This document shows positions 49,736-63,255 of a DNA stretch of 64,000 nucleotides, one piece after another (positions within the stretch are counted from its first letter, which is position 1; each line of letters opens with the position of its first letter). Source of the stretch: Massalongia carnosa (lineage: Eukaryota); assembly GCA_965645245.1 (NCBI GenBank), contig OZ287070.1, forward strand, positions 1,612,001 to 1,676,000. The letters run 5' to 3'. The position numbers were made by a program, and so were the translations under genes. The notes below the pieces were generated by a model that saw only the letters and a program-made list of their open reading frames with translations, was not told the origin of the DNA and did no database searches.

Positions 49736-50432
49736 GACGTAAGGACGGCGGAGGTTCTCAGAAATTCGGGACTGAAAACGTTGAGGCGGAGTAGGGTATC
49801 ATTACTGTAGCATCTATCCCCCTTTCCAAACAAGAACGCCATCCGGTTGTCCCCTTTTCACCCTCACAATCGGGATTAGAAGCCCACCAGTACCCCAAAC
49901 TCCCCCTTTGTTAATTCTCACATCATCATCTCTCGGTTCCCCCAATTGTCCGAACCAAACAAAAAAGGCGAAATCGGGTTTTCCCTCTAGCTCTTACTCA
50001 TCCGCCTGCCACTTCCTTCCATTTCTATGTCTTTGTTCTCTCTCCACACACTTGCTGGAAAAATATGTATTCTAGCCTTTTATCTCTCTTTAGGTGCTCC
50101 TACCATACCAATTTTGAACCAACAAGGAAAAGGAAGAGGAAAAGGAAGAAATGCTGAGACCTGCATGAGCGCTTTCACCTCTTATCCGTTTTTTTTTAAA
50201 AAATTAAAAAAAAAAGACATGGTGAATTTCCCCAAAATGAACATGCATTCATGCATGCATCGAACCCCCCCCCTCACACCTAAGGTCTAGGAGGGGGAAA
50301 ACTCCGCCCTTGGTCATTGTGCTAGATATATAGAACGCTGGATTTCTTTTTTTCTCGTCGTACGTGCTTACTTACAATTTCTTACGCTGCTGCCGATATT
50401 CTTCGTTCTCTAACTACACATCTACCTAGGAC

Positions 50433-50437
50433 GAGAA

Positions 50438-50472
<35 letters not shown>

Positions 50473-50477
50473 AGAAG
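50433..50477. repeat. (GAA)n microsatellite
   Basis: About 14 GAA/GAG units. Confidence 0.9.
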
Positions 50478-50921
50478 GAAAGAACCCCCACTTCCCCAAG
50501 CAATGGCACCCTTTCCATTCCCCGTTCCCCGTTCCCCGTTCCCCCATCCTAATTCTATCAAAAACTCAGACTCATATCCAAACGCCTAAATGCCTACACG
50601 CCTCCTTGGGGAGACTTACAGAGAGGGGGAGCTGGGTTCGCACGTTTGAGTGGTTGAGATAGAAGTTGCCTCAATTCATTTATTATCATAATATGTTTGA
50701 TTCCTGTTAGCGCTGGCCATATGGTAAGGTGGTAGTTTTGTTTTCTACAGATGGATCAATAAATTAATGAAGCTGACAGAGATTTAAAAAGAGGTAGTAG
50801 CTAACCAACTATCAATCCACCAATCCAGCCACCTCCTTCCCTTCCCTTTCTGCTGTTCATCCCATCCATACGTAGCAAAATTTCCCCGTACCGGAGCGAA
50901 TTCCCTCAAGCCGCTTATCCA

Positions 50922-50972
50922 CTCCCTCTCCTCCCTCTCCTCCCTCTCCTCCCTCTCCTCCCTCTCCTCCCT
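50922..50972. repeat. 9-bp polypyrimidine minisatellite (CTCCCTCTC)n
   Basis: About 5.5 perfect units. Confidence 0.9.
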
Positions 50973-51684
50973 CTTCTCCCACTCTCTCCCCCTCTCTAAA
51001 TAAAACTAATAGAGAAAGAAGCTGTAACCTAGCAATCTGAAATCTATTGGTGGATGTGGATTTTAGTTATAGATAAAAAGTGAATAAAAGGAACGGAACG
51101 GATTTAGGAACGGTGCCAGCGTTCCCTTTTTGGTTCCTATCTTTCTACCTGCCCCCTTCAACAAAACTCAATATGCTTAATTGAGTACCCATGAAAAGGA
51201 GAAAATGCCGCGGCTGGAAGGGCAAAGTTCCGATTATTCAAAGACATCCACCACTTTCGTCCCTCTCTCAAGAAACCCCAGGACGCAGAAGAAAAAAAGC
51301 ACAGGAATTTTACTCGCCGCTTCGGTAAAGAATCATCTTTTCGCTTCTACTATGCATATCCATCTTCCTCGTTTGGAAAATCTATCGATTGAATTGAATG
51401 GTTCCAACCCCTCCCCCTGCTTACTCGCCATACCCATTATGTGTATCTTTCTTTAGAAGAAATTCTATATGCCTATTTTTCACACCCCAGGGCTTGCCCA
51501 TGGAAGAAGAGAGGGCCAGCGCCATGCATGAACGCAAAGTGGCAAAAATAAAATAAAAGATGCTGGAGGTCTATGCCCAACGGGGTGAACAAATCCGACT
51601 CCTTCACAATCGCTAGCAGAGGGGCCAGCGAATACCTTAAATGTTCCCCGAAGCATCCCAAACTCCCAAAGCGTTCCGCCTCCC

Positions 51685-53930
51685 TTACTTCTTCAGCCCC
51701 GCTAGTGTCAGCCAGCCTTGGCCAGCCGGCACTTTGGGCCGTCCGAAATTCTCATCCAGATCCAGGATAATCTTAAGCGCGTTCCGGCTACGTAGATTAG
51801 GCAGCGGCGTCTTTGCCTCCTGCAGCCCTAGGGTAGGTTCGACACGGCCGCCGACAGAGGGCCCATCGTTGGCGGCAGCACTGCCCGGCATCGGCAAGGC
51901 TTTCTGCAAAACCTCATAAGCAGCAAGAGTGAAGCCGAACTGGGGTGAAGAGCGCAGCACGCGCGCAGGACCGCCCTTAAAGAAAGCGCGGAAGCCCTCC
52001 TCGGCATACACGGTGCGAGCGCAGTGCCGGAGCGAGGTGTACTTAGTTTCACCCTTGCGAGCCTCGACCTGGAGGCGGGTCTTGATGACATCACAGGGCG
52101 TAGTGAGGTAAGCAGCCGGCATACCAGCGATGGCGCCCGCGGTCAGGAGTTGCGCGATGCCGAGCTTTTTGGTTGGCCCCTCGCCGAAGAGGTCGCGTTT
52201 TAGGTGATTGTAGGTCACGAAGTAGATGCCCGAAAAGGGAACATCACGCAGGAGGCAGGCGCTGGCGCCTTTGTACAAACCTACCAGGCCAAGGTTCTTC
52301 ACGATCCACATGGCTGAACGGTGAGGGACACCGTCAACGGTTTTGGCAACCTCGCCTTGCACTTGAAGGCGGATTTTCACGATTTCTAGAGGGTTGGTGA
52401 AGACCTATGCGGGGAAGTTTAGTTACTACGATTTAGACATGGCTGGATAGATTGGCTCACCACTTGACATGCACCTGCTGAACCACCGGCTAGGATCTCG
52501 TGCGGCCACCAAATCTCCCCTGTGTCTTTCTTTGAAAAATGTCCTCTTATTATATCGTTGACGGTAAGCTTGATGGCCTTCTCCGGAGCTACCCCGATTA
52601 ACTGAGGTAAAACGCCAGAGTAAAGCCCTTTGAAGCCTTCGTTTTTGACCACCTTCTTTGCGCAGTCGATCGAGTTCTTGTACAGCATCTCACCCACTCG
52701 TTGGCTCCGCTGATTCTGCATCCGGGTTTTGACCAAATCAATCGGATATACCATGAATGCACCAAAAGCACCTGCTATGCTTCCCAAAGCGAAATGATGA
52801 ATAGACTCAAGTGCAGTATGAAGATATCTTTGGGTCCGCGATAAGGCTTTGCCTGCAAGCTCGGAGGCGCCACCAGCTGCCTCGAGACCCAAAGCAAAGG
52901 CGCCCTGCCAGGATGCATCGACGACTTTCGCAAAGTCGCCCAGAGCCAGTCGACCCGATGGGGCATTAAGCCCAGCAAAGTGAAAGAGTATGTCTGCCTC
53001 CATGGGTGTAAACAAAGAAAATCTAGTGATTCGTGCAGCTTCGTTGAGGAAATCCGTCCGTGTAATCTTCCCATCCTCGCTCTTTTGCGTTGCGTTTCGA
53101 ATGATTAGGTCTACCAGATCCATCTCTCTGATAACGTTTTGAAATGCTCGAACATTTGCATAGGAAATCTTACTCCCAGTTGAAATATTACATAATGTGT
53201 GAAGGTTTTCCAGCAGATGATCCGATAGTTTATGCTTTGCCGTCTCTAGAATGATACGCTGGAAATCTTCTGGCTCGATGTAGCCGTCTTTGTCTTTATC
53301 ATATATATGAAATGCTTGTCGTATCCTTTCGCCTTGCAGACCACGTAACATCTGAGAAAACTGAGGGTAGGTCAAATCATGACGCTGTTTTCTTCCCCCA
53401 ATGTACAGCGAAGCCCATTCACAATTCCAATCAAAGGGTATAGAGCCTTCCCCCTTGTTGAGATTATATAGCCTTTGGAAGTCATCATATTTGATGGTAC
53501 CGTTGCCTTCTTCGTCGAATAGACGGAAAGCAATCTCGTATTCGGCATCTGGCTTGGATAGGAGGTTCTCAAACGTAGCCCACTCATGGATATTTATTCG
53601 CCCAGTCTTTCGCCGATCTGCGATCTGGAAGAGGATGGCATACTGTTCACGGCTTATTTTATGCTAGATCCAGGGAAGCGATTAGCTGAATTCTTAGAAT
53701 GAGCACTTTATTCATGTTAAAAGGGCAATTGGGCGGCAGAAGAGGCTCACGTAGTCCTCATGGGCAGGAGCAATTGCATTCACAAACTCCTCCTGTGACA
53801 TATATGACTCTCCAGATGCCTCATCTTGCCTCGAGTTGCGGTCGAACCTTGCCTGGATATCTTGAGAGAGCTCGGGTTCTCTTGTAGTACCAACGAGCGA
53901 CTCCTTAATCACCTCCTTCACCGTCGCCAT
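51685..53930 (-). CDS. AGC1: Ca2+-binding mitochondrial aspartate-glutamate carrier (Aralar/Agc1)
   Basis: EF-hand N-terminus (DKDKDGYIE), then carrier repeats [29 protein letters not shown] and [12 protein letters not shown]. Confidence 0.95.
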
Positions 53931-54392
53931 GACCCCGCTGAAGCTTTCCACTTAGCTTCAATAAAAAAGAACGACACTTATCAGCACTATGAAGACCTTG
54001 AGCGTCCTACAAGAGGTCAATCCTTTCAGCTAGACTTCCGGCTCTAACGCGATCTCCACCCCAGATCTTGGAAGTGTAGCACTGAGAGGGTTATTTGTTA
54101 AGATTGTGAGAGGGGGTTTACTGCAATCTTGGAGTAGTCTTGAATCTTGAGTGTTTTGAAGCCAGTCTATCTCAATTGAGTCGTCGCCGACACAGTCAGA
54201 ATATGTTCCTTTCCTGCTCCCATCTTGACTTTATTTTTAGAAATGAAATTATTTTCCTCGGCCCGAAAGATTCCGATTTTCCGAACTGGGATGTGGATTT
54301 ATCGAATTTATCTTTGGCATCATGAAAGATATCATTATGAAGGATATCATGAGGATATCCAACTGACTTGTCATTCGTTAAGTTGAATATAA

Positions 54393-56185
54393 ATGCTCAC
54401 ATTGCTTCCATGGCGTTTTTGTGCCACAAATTCTCTCCGGGCATTTCATCTTTCTCTTGGTTCTCGGAGATCGCTCTTGACACTGGCGATTGAAACGTCT
54501 TGGTACGTTGCAAATCGCAAGATAGACCTATGGCAAAGTCAGCTTTCAATATCTTCTGAACTGACGAGATACAAGTGACGACACTTCTGTTGCTATTCTT
54601 TCAAAACATGAAGCGTCTATAATCGCAGGCCCTACAGCCACCCTGCACTTCCATAAAAAAATCACAGCAGACAACTCCAAATCCCGCGGTATCCACCCTC
54701 TAACCGCCCTGAAATCCCACCAAGAATGTCTTGCCCCCCTCGTTGCGGTCGCCCTCCAGCACCTTCCCCCGGCCTACCCCCAAGCAGATCTAGCACGTAC
54801 AATTCCTGTTCGTTCTCCCGTCGGTGGAGAATGGCAGCTAAAGCAAAAACCCGATTTTGTCTCCGTCACGCGCGGACCTGGGATGCGCAGCAGCTTATTT
54901 ACGGGCCTCGATACGGCCAAAGGTCTCGCGCTTGCATGGCAGATACCACTAGTTGGCGTGCACCACATGCAAGCGCACGCTCTAACTCCGAGACTCGTCG
55001 CCGCGCTCGAACCCCGCCAAAACCCCTCCTCGCTCCCTGCCCCCCCGTTCCCGTTCCTCTCGCTGCTTGTTTCAGGCGGCCACACCCTCCTAGTACATTC
55101 TTACAGCCTCCTTCAACACACCATCCTGGCCACAACCGCGGACATCGCGATCGGTGACGCGCTAGACAAGATTGCCCGTCTTGTGTGCCCTGCCTCGCTC
55201 CTTGATTCCTCAGCCGACGTCATGTATGGCCGTCTTCTCGAATCCTTTGCGTTTTCCCATGGCGCTGGCGAGCACAGCACCTACATCGCCCCTAAGACGC
55301 GCGGTCAAGCGCTCGCTAGGCGGGAAACCCCTTTCGGATGGAGCCTGCCCGTACCTTTTTCAGAAACAAAAGCCGGGTCCAAGACCCGCGCCATGGAGTT
55401 CAGTTTTTCGGGCTTGGGCAGCGCTGTGGCGCGGATTTGCAAGGCGCGCGGGGCGGAGGAGGGGGGTCGTGAAGACGATCCGGAGGGCATGAGCCTGGAA
55501 GAGCGAATCTTGCTCGCGCGCGAAGCGATGAGAGTTGCCTTCGAGCATTTAGCGTCTAGGGTTGTAATGGCTTTGGGGTCTCTTGAGACACAGTTAGAAA
55601 CCGGGCCAGAAAGCATTAATACTCTAGTCGTCAGCGGCGGGGTGGCTGCCAATGCATATCTCAGGACTATGTACGTTATCTTTTTCCCACAATCTACACC
55701 TTTTCCATCCATTTCCATCCTCCAACTCCTGCCCCTAACACTCACCCATTTTTTATCCCCTAGTCATCTCAACATTCCAAAGTTTCCAACTCATCTCCTC
55801 GCCTCCCCTTTCCATTCCCTTTAAAGCAAAAAAAAGAACAGCAACGAAACGAAACGAAAACCACTGACCCCTCTCTCTCCCTCTTTCCTTTTTACAAAGT
55901 CTCCGCGCCCATTTCCCACCCACCCTAAAAATCACCTTCCCCCCCGCCGCCTTGTGCACCGACAACGCGGCCATGATCGCCTGGGCGGGCATGGAGATGT
56001 GGGAAGCCGGCTGGGAGAGCGACATGGCGGTTCGGGCGGTGGGGAAATGGCCATTGGAGGATTTGGGATGGGGAGAGGGCGGGGAGGGCGGGTGGAAGGT
56101 GCGGGATGTGCGGGGTGGGGGGGATTTAGCGGTGAATGGGAGTGTAGATGGTGCGGAAAGATCCTGCACAGATGTGAAAAAATAA
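54393..56185 (+). CDS. QRI7: Mitochondrial tRNA t6A threonylcarbamoyltransferase (Qri7/Kae1/TsaD family); 3 exons
   Basis: Mitochondrial-type presequence; TLAIETSC|DDTSVA, VTRGPG, VHHMQAHAL, LLVSGGHT, GDALDK, FSFSGL, VVSGGVAAN and CTDNAAMIAW. Confidence 0.93.
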
Positions 56186-57667
56186 ATAGAAACTAACCAA
56201 CTACCAGCAAGCAAACAAACACGCACCCCCAAAAACAAATAACGATGAACTTACCATTTCAATCCCTTTCCCTCCAACACCCGCCTCCCCCCCCACAAAT
56301 CACCCACTAAATTGGTTCCCTCACCAAAATGAGCAGGTGAATCACGTGACCATTCACTCCTTCCTTCCCTTCCCCCGATTTCTCTCTCTCTCTGGGGCGC
56401 GGAAAGTTTGCTTTCGTCAGCGGGTGGGAGGTTTTTAAACTGCTTTTGGAAATCATCCATGATTCGGTGGAGAGAGTAAAAGATGGCAGTTTGCCGGGCT
56501 TTTTATAACTTAGTTTTTGTTTTTTGCGGAGTCGGTGGTAGTGGGTTATAAGGTAGGGTAAGGTAGCCTTTTTACGGGGTAATGTAATCCGTAGCTACGT
56601 TTCGTTTACCTTTTCTTTCTTTTTTCTTCTTTTTTTTTCTTTTCGCGAACTGAAACACAGGACGGAGCTCGAGATCTCTCAACTGTGCGCGGTTTCTGTG
56701 GCGGGGCTGTTTTATTTGCGCATCTATTATGATTTGGCAGGAGAGGGCGAGGGAAAGGGGAGGGTAAGCGAGAGAGAGAGAGAGAAAGAGAGAGGTTTCT
56801 CGTATTAAATATGCTGGAGATGTAGCTCTACTGATGCGGATTGTGATGGTTAGAAGGGGTTGCGTTCCCCCCGACGAGGGGAGATCGCGGTGATTCCGTG
56901 TTTTTAGGGTTCGATTGAAGGTATGTTGGAAGATCGACGGATAGCGGAGAGATTGATGAGATGAAAGCCTGCCCCCATAGCCTTCTGGGCGAATAAAGGG
57001 GACTGAAGATTCAGCGAAACGCCGTTATGTCGTCCATACATGGCATCTAGGAGATAGCGCTAGAGTCTACCAAATCCAAATAGAACAGGCGGCCACGAGA
57101 GCATGAGACATAAAGGTAAAGAAGAGAAATGCCAGACGATGGAAAACGCGGTTTCGCTCAAAAGTCTTGTCCGAATTCGAGAAAAAGGTCGGGTTGACGA
57201 GGACAGGAGGAAGAGGTAAAGAAAAGGAAACGAAAAAGAAGAAACGGAACGATTGTTTTAACATTTCCAGATATCACCGGATTTTTCCTCCTACCCCCAA
57301 GGCCCGCCCGCCTTCATTTTCGTTAGTGAAACAAATATGAGATTTTATCGTACATTATAAATGCGGCCGTAGAATGCTGATCCTCGGTTCTTGCGCCTCC
57401 TTATCCCAACTGCTTTCTAGCCTCACCCCGAACCTTCAGCCCCAAGACCCTTACCGACGCTCCATGGAAATGCAGAACAAATCAAATCGTACAGCCATAA
57501 CGAGTGGGTCTCATCTCTTGAAACATTTCGCCGTTCATGAGAGAGAGAAATTGCACCAAGAAAGATAAAAGTTTAATAAAAAAATAGTATAGTAAAGGAA
57601 ATTGAGATTTCCGTCCCGGGAGGGGGTAAAGAGAGAATGGGGGGGAAAAGGGCGAATAGAAGAAATT

Positions 57668-58753
57668 CTAATGCGTTGTGACAGGCGGTGGCGATTGCAT
57701 CATCGATGCGATATTGGCCAACGATCTAAAGCCGGGTAACATCGGTTGCCCAGAGTGCTGCTGCGGGGCGGTCGCGGATACGGGGCTGAAGATCGTGGCG
57801 ATGGACGCGGTGCTGAAGCTACGGGTGGGGGTGTAGGAGGGGGTGGAGTTAGAGACACCGCCGGCGGAATAGGGAATTCGTGTGTCCTCCCGGCTGATGG
57901 AGTACGCGCGATGGCGCTGGTCTTCGACGCTGCTGACGCCGGGGTAAGGCGACATTTGGTCTTCCCGGCCCACGTACGGTAGCTGCGGCAACTGCGGCTG
58001 CTGTTGTGGCGGTAACTCCTCGTGGCCAAGTTCGCTGCTGCTGCTGCTGTCGTCTTCAATCACAAGTGCGTCGTTGTGACGGCCGGGATCGGTTGAGTCC
58101 TGGCTACCCTGATTCCGCTCCTTGCGGATCACCGTCCGACCAAGATTAAGAAGAGTTTTGAATCCTTTTTCCATGCACTAACAGCTCGCGAGCTAAGATT
58201 AGCATCCATTGCAAAAAACTATAACGGCTGCGCCACAATCATGCATGCACTCTCTAATTCGGCAACGAAGGATCCCTTGCCTCGAACCAACGCAACATTA
58301 TCTTGCTCATCACATGATCGCGCGTCAAAGGAAAAGCATCAGGCGGGTTTAGCACACCTTCTTTTCGACATCCTCCCACTTCTCACCCACGCGTTCGGCT
58401 AACATCCTCCACATTTTTTCGTGCACATCGGTGTAGGCTTTCGCTAATGCTTCGATTTTCGTGGGATCCCAGTTCTCGGAGCCGTTCTTCTTTTCCATCA
58501 AGCGTTCGTGTCGCTTCCGGCACGCATTGGGCGTCTTAGAGGGAAAGTACTTGGTGGCGATGGGGGCCCAGCTGAGCCCTTGGTGACGCGCCTGCATCAG
58601 CGTGAGGTCATCGGCATGGTTCCAAGGTGTAGAGGTGGAGCGCTCATTGATCGGGGATGCGCTGGCCATGGCTGTTGGGGTTGGACGTGCGGATGGATAT
58701 GGTGCTGGACGGTGAGTAGATGTAGGATGAGGTGCTCGGGGGCCTTTGGGCAT
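57668..58753 (-). CDS. Myb/SANT-like DNA-binding domain protein; 2 exons
   Basis: WNHADDLTLMQARHQGLSWAPIATKYFPSKTPNACRKRHERL and a second repeat WDPTKIEALAKAY...WEDVEKK|CMEKGFKTL; low-complexity C-terminus. Confidence 0.85.
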
Positions 58754-61335
58754 CTTCTAGTACGAAGTGGTAAAGAAGAGTGAGAAAGAAAAATTCTTGA
58801 CGAAAAAGGAGGACGGAGAAAGTTAAGATGGACAAGGAAGGAAAAAGATCGACGAGATCAAGTGGAACGGGGGGGGTTGGTGCTTTATATTAGAATTAGA
58901 GTATGATGCAGGAACAGAAAGGAAGAGAGCATGGAAGGAAGGAAAGAAGAGCCACGAGGGAGCAAGGAAATGAATGGAGGGTGGAGTTTTTTCTTCTCAC
59001 GCCGAATGCTGATAACTACGAGGTATGAGAGGGGGGGAGGGTAGTAGGGGGGTGGGGGGGGGGTCGCTTTTCTCTCTTCTCCATATCAAAGAGGCGAAGC
59101 ATGTATACTTATAAGTTGGTGCAGCAGCTGGGTATGCAGGTGGTGACAATAACTTCTTTCAACTGTCTTTCAGACGCCAAACAGTGACATTGGTTGAGCA
59201 AAGGGCGGGGCAGGGGGCACCCATCTTTAGCAACCATAGGGCTGAAACAGAAGCTTGCCTGGGACGGGGACTTTCGCCTCGTGAGGAAGCGCTCACAGAG
59301 TCGGCCTCATTTAGGACCTGATAGTCGGCTGCCATAGGCCGGTAAGACGTTTTTTTGGTTTTTTTCCGAATTGGGGAAGGATGTAAGGTGGGTGGGTTCG
59401 TTATGGGTTAGTTGTGTGATGTGGTGATGGGTGGTTTGGGTGAATAATAATGCAGATTCTTTTTTAGAGCAGGTGGGCGGCTCTTGGGAATGCGCTAGCT
59501 CTCGCTAACCGCAACGGGAATCGCTCGGTTTCTGAAAATAGAAACATCTTCTCGTCTCTTCTTTCCCTCTCACCATCGAACTGGTCGCCTATTGAGGCTT
59601 GACATTCTTGCTCATCCGTTGATGTGAGCGTATTTCAGGTATGCGGTTTGTGAGAGAGCACTCTACGATCGAGAGCTGAAAGAACGAAAGAGACAAATCC
59701 GATTCTTCCCTGAAGGATCTCGTCATTGCCTACAGAGTACTCGGCATGCTGCACATAGTAGAAGGAAGATGTTTGAATTACCGCTACCGCTATCGCTATC
59801 GCTATCGTTATCGTACGCGATTCTCTGGCTGTTACAGAACTCTTCTGCTACGTTGGAGTTTCACCACAGGCACGCACTGGTGGTCGAGTTCGTGAAGTTC
59901 CCTTCTATCTAAGATGTCACCCTTCTCTTCGGCAAGACTCCCGAATGGTTGGTGAGAATAAAAACGCTTCCCTATACCAAGCAACCCCCATGAACATGAA
60001 GTGTCTCGATGACGGTGGCGATGGAAAACTCCATGACCACCGAACCACCCCCTCTCGTTCAGCAGCTTTTGTCAGACAGGTATTTCATCATCCGTCACCT
60101 TACGCTAGGTCCCGACCCGCCTCGGCCCTATCTCCCTCCCCTATCCCCCCATTGCTAGCGATACAGTAATCCATCAGTTCATCCCCTCAACGACCAGTAC
60201 CTGACTAAATCAAGAGCTATTCGTCGACCAGATATCAGTAGACTTGACCTATCATCTTTCAACCACTTTTTCAGTGATCTTTTCGTAGTCAACCTTTAGC
60301 GCCGGGTTTATCCACTGACTGATCGCTCACAGTTCCATACCACATACTTTCCACGTTTTTCTTCTCCACACACCAACCGCAGCACAGTCTAACGCGCTCC
60401 TTTGCGCACGCTGACATAATGAGTGGTGCGCTTTCTACTGACCTGCTTGCCCCCGCCTCGTCTCAGTCAGAAGACTCCGCCTCTCTGCCTGCCCACCCAT
60501 ATTTTCATCCTTCTTCGCCAAACTTGGATGCAGAAATGATTCTGCAAAGAAACAAAAAACAAAAAACAGCGGTACTCAGGCGTGTACAACATCAGTACTC
60601 CGCCTTCGACCATGTCGTTTGTTTCATGTCGGCCTTGATGGAGACGACAAGCCAGACGGTTGCGCGTATACGATTTAACTTTTCGTCTATGTTGGTAACT
60701 AACTAGTAGTGAGGCATTTCGCATGGGATTCTGCTAGCTGCCGGTCTGACTTATTTTTGTCCATTGAAGGAAAGATGAAGCCTAAACGGATTGACGGTGA
60801 TTCTATAATAAAAGTACGGGTCATTGGGACTCCCGTTGCGATTTGAGCGCTTTTGCTGGGACAGTGAGATAGAAGGCAAACACCAAGAGTTGTCATTCAG
60901 CTCGAGGGTCGCAAACTCAAACGCCGCATACCTTGATAGGTATTTTCAACTTTGACGTCATGGTGAGGCACTATTACGTCGAATCTCAACGCGTTTAGGG
61001 TGTATAGGATAACACGACAGATATTGCTTAGGAAATTTTGATTTATATGTCCACGATAGAAATAGTGAAGACATCGAAACTACTTCGTCACTACAAGACA
61101 TATCCCATTGGTTGATAGCAAAGAAACCATAGTTACATAAAAGCATCATCATGATCATAATTCCATCGACCCACCCCGCGAACATATTCCAGCATTGCCG
61201 GCCATAGGCACACATTCCGAGTATCCACCCAACGTGTCCTTGCAGATAAGAATCATCAATGCGGCTCTCAGGTTTGTTTAGGTGACGTCCAAGCATAACG
61301 TTAAGCGTATATCTCCCATGATTATGAGTCATTTC

Positions 61336-61704
61336 TCATGTGGATAACCCCCTTCCCCACCGGCGCTCATCGCGGGTCATTTTGACGTAGGTTCCATGGT
61401 AATCTTCTGGTACTGGGGTGATACACCTAACGGCCGGCTCATCGCAGAACTGCAGCTTCTTGCCTGCTGAGGTAGCGGATTGACCTTTCTTGAGGATGCT
61501 CTTAGTGTTCGATGCTTGATCATAGGCGAAGGTTGGTGGTTGTAGGATAGAAAACCCGCGTTGGTTTAGGTGAGTATTTCGGGCGGTCGGACTGATGGGT
61601 GAAGGTGAAATTGGAGCACACACAAGTGGAGACCTGGGGGCTCTAGAAACGGTTGCGGCCGGGAGGGAAAGCGCAAGCTTCGGCCTGGTGTTACGAGGGA
61701 GCAT
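61336..61704 (-). CDS. Small (122 aa) disordered hypothetical protein with SILK and RVxF-like motifs
   Basis: Single-exon ORF with good start context (aaaATG); RPKLALSLP, SPSPISPTARNT, KSILKK and KKLQFCDEP. Confidence 0.75.
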   Translation of the reverse strand: MLPRNTRPKLALSLPAATVSRAPRSPLVCAPISPSPISPTARNTHLNQRGFSILQPPTFAYDQASNTKSILKKGQSATSAGKKLQFCDEPAVRCITPVPEDYHGTYVKMTRDERRWGRGLST

Positions 61705-63255
61705 TTTGAAGGTTTGACGTGTACAGGCTTTGCGATGATAAGGAGTTTGGACGTGTAAAGCGTAGCTCGCCGAGGTTTTATGTTAAATAAAGACGGCAAC
61801 AGAATCAGTCAGACAGCGGATTTCGAGAAAACTGGCACCGATGGCTGTGAAACAACGTTCTATCGCAAGGATTGGTCCGGCCAACCAGCTAAAAGCAAGA
61901 AACAATCACCGAAAAAGGTCGAAAAACAATAGCGACTGCTAAAACAGTGAAAGTTTGGGTAAACACGAGCGTGGTAGCGCGTATATATCTTCAACTCTCC
62001 TTGACCATATTATGAGTGGGGAAGAGGAAAGATCGGCCGTAGGGTTCCGTTTAAGCGCCGACCTCTCTGTGTGGAACGGCGGCTTGCAGATAGAAAAGAC
62101 AAGGTATAAGTCGCATAGTTCAGTGCATACAGAGTACTTTGTACGTCCAATTGAATTGATCAATCACGTCAAGCAGTTGGATATTGTTGTTTCTTCTGTG
62201 TGCAGTGGCTTGCATCCAGGCGCGCGAGGTTTGCCAATAACCTTTGCAGCTGACTGCATACTGCATAAGTCAAGTGTAAATCTTGCGATGCAGATCATGT
62301 CTTGTAGGGGAATCGAAAAAGCCACAGAAAAAAACATGAATGATTATTATGAGGGAATTAGTTAAGTTGATTTAGGAAACTAATATAGAAGTCTGAATCG
62401 AGTTGAGTCATGACAATAAATGCTTTGAAACTAACTGGGATAGCAAACAAAAAGTTGATACTATGAAGCTCAAAATACTCTCAAAAGACAGGAAATGCAT
62501 AACCAGTGTGCAGAGTGCTTGGTAGATCCAACGAGTTGATGGTGCTCACTCTGTACTCTGTACTTCGCGACCAAAGGAGAATGGCTGTATTAAACCTTAC
62601 TCTACCATATGAGTATAGTTTAGTATAACTAAATAACCTATAACCACGGGAAGTCACACCAAAACGTGTTAGCATCTCGATGCTGAAACAGTGACTTTGG
62701 GGCATTTATACAGGCAATCTACAAACTTTATATCCAGCCGGCAGCAGGAATGTCTAGATTGAAAAGCGAGTTGCGAAACACTTATGGATGTCCTGCGGAT
62801 CTCACAAAAGTACCTTGACATTTTCGTAAGCCTCGTGTGGGATGGATGTCTATTTCATATCTCCTTTCTTCAAACTGGTGAAACCCTTATCAATCCAAAC
62901 GTAGAAATGAAAATAAGAGATGGCCTCACACCCCAAGCAGACAATCCTTCCGGATTCTTATTATACCTCTTTATTGCCTAGTTTCTAGCAGAGCCAGGAA
63001 CAGTCAGGCAACTAAGTACAATGTTTTTACTGACCAGATTGCCTTTCTGAATGTATTTGCGAAAACTAGAGCGCCAGTTATAAACTCGTTCGACTGCAGT
63101 CCTGTATGGGTACTACATATTTCAAAAGGAAAATGATGATGACTATGTTGATTGAATATGCTCGCAACTCTTGCTGTGGGGTATCAAATGGTGAACGCTC
63201 AAACGCCTCCAATGCTCAAAAGCCATACATTTAAACTAATATCTTAAAGCAAACT

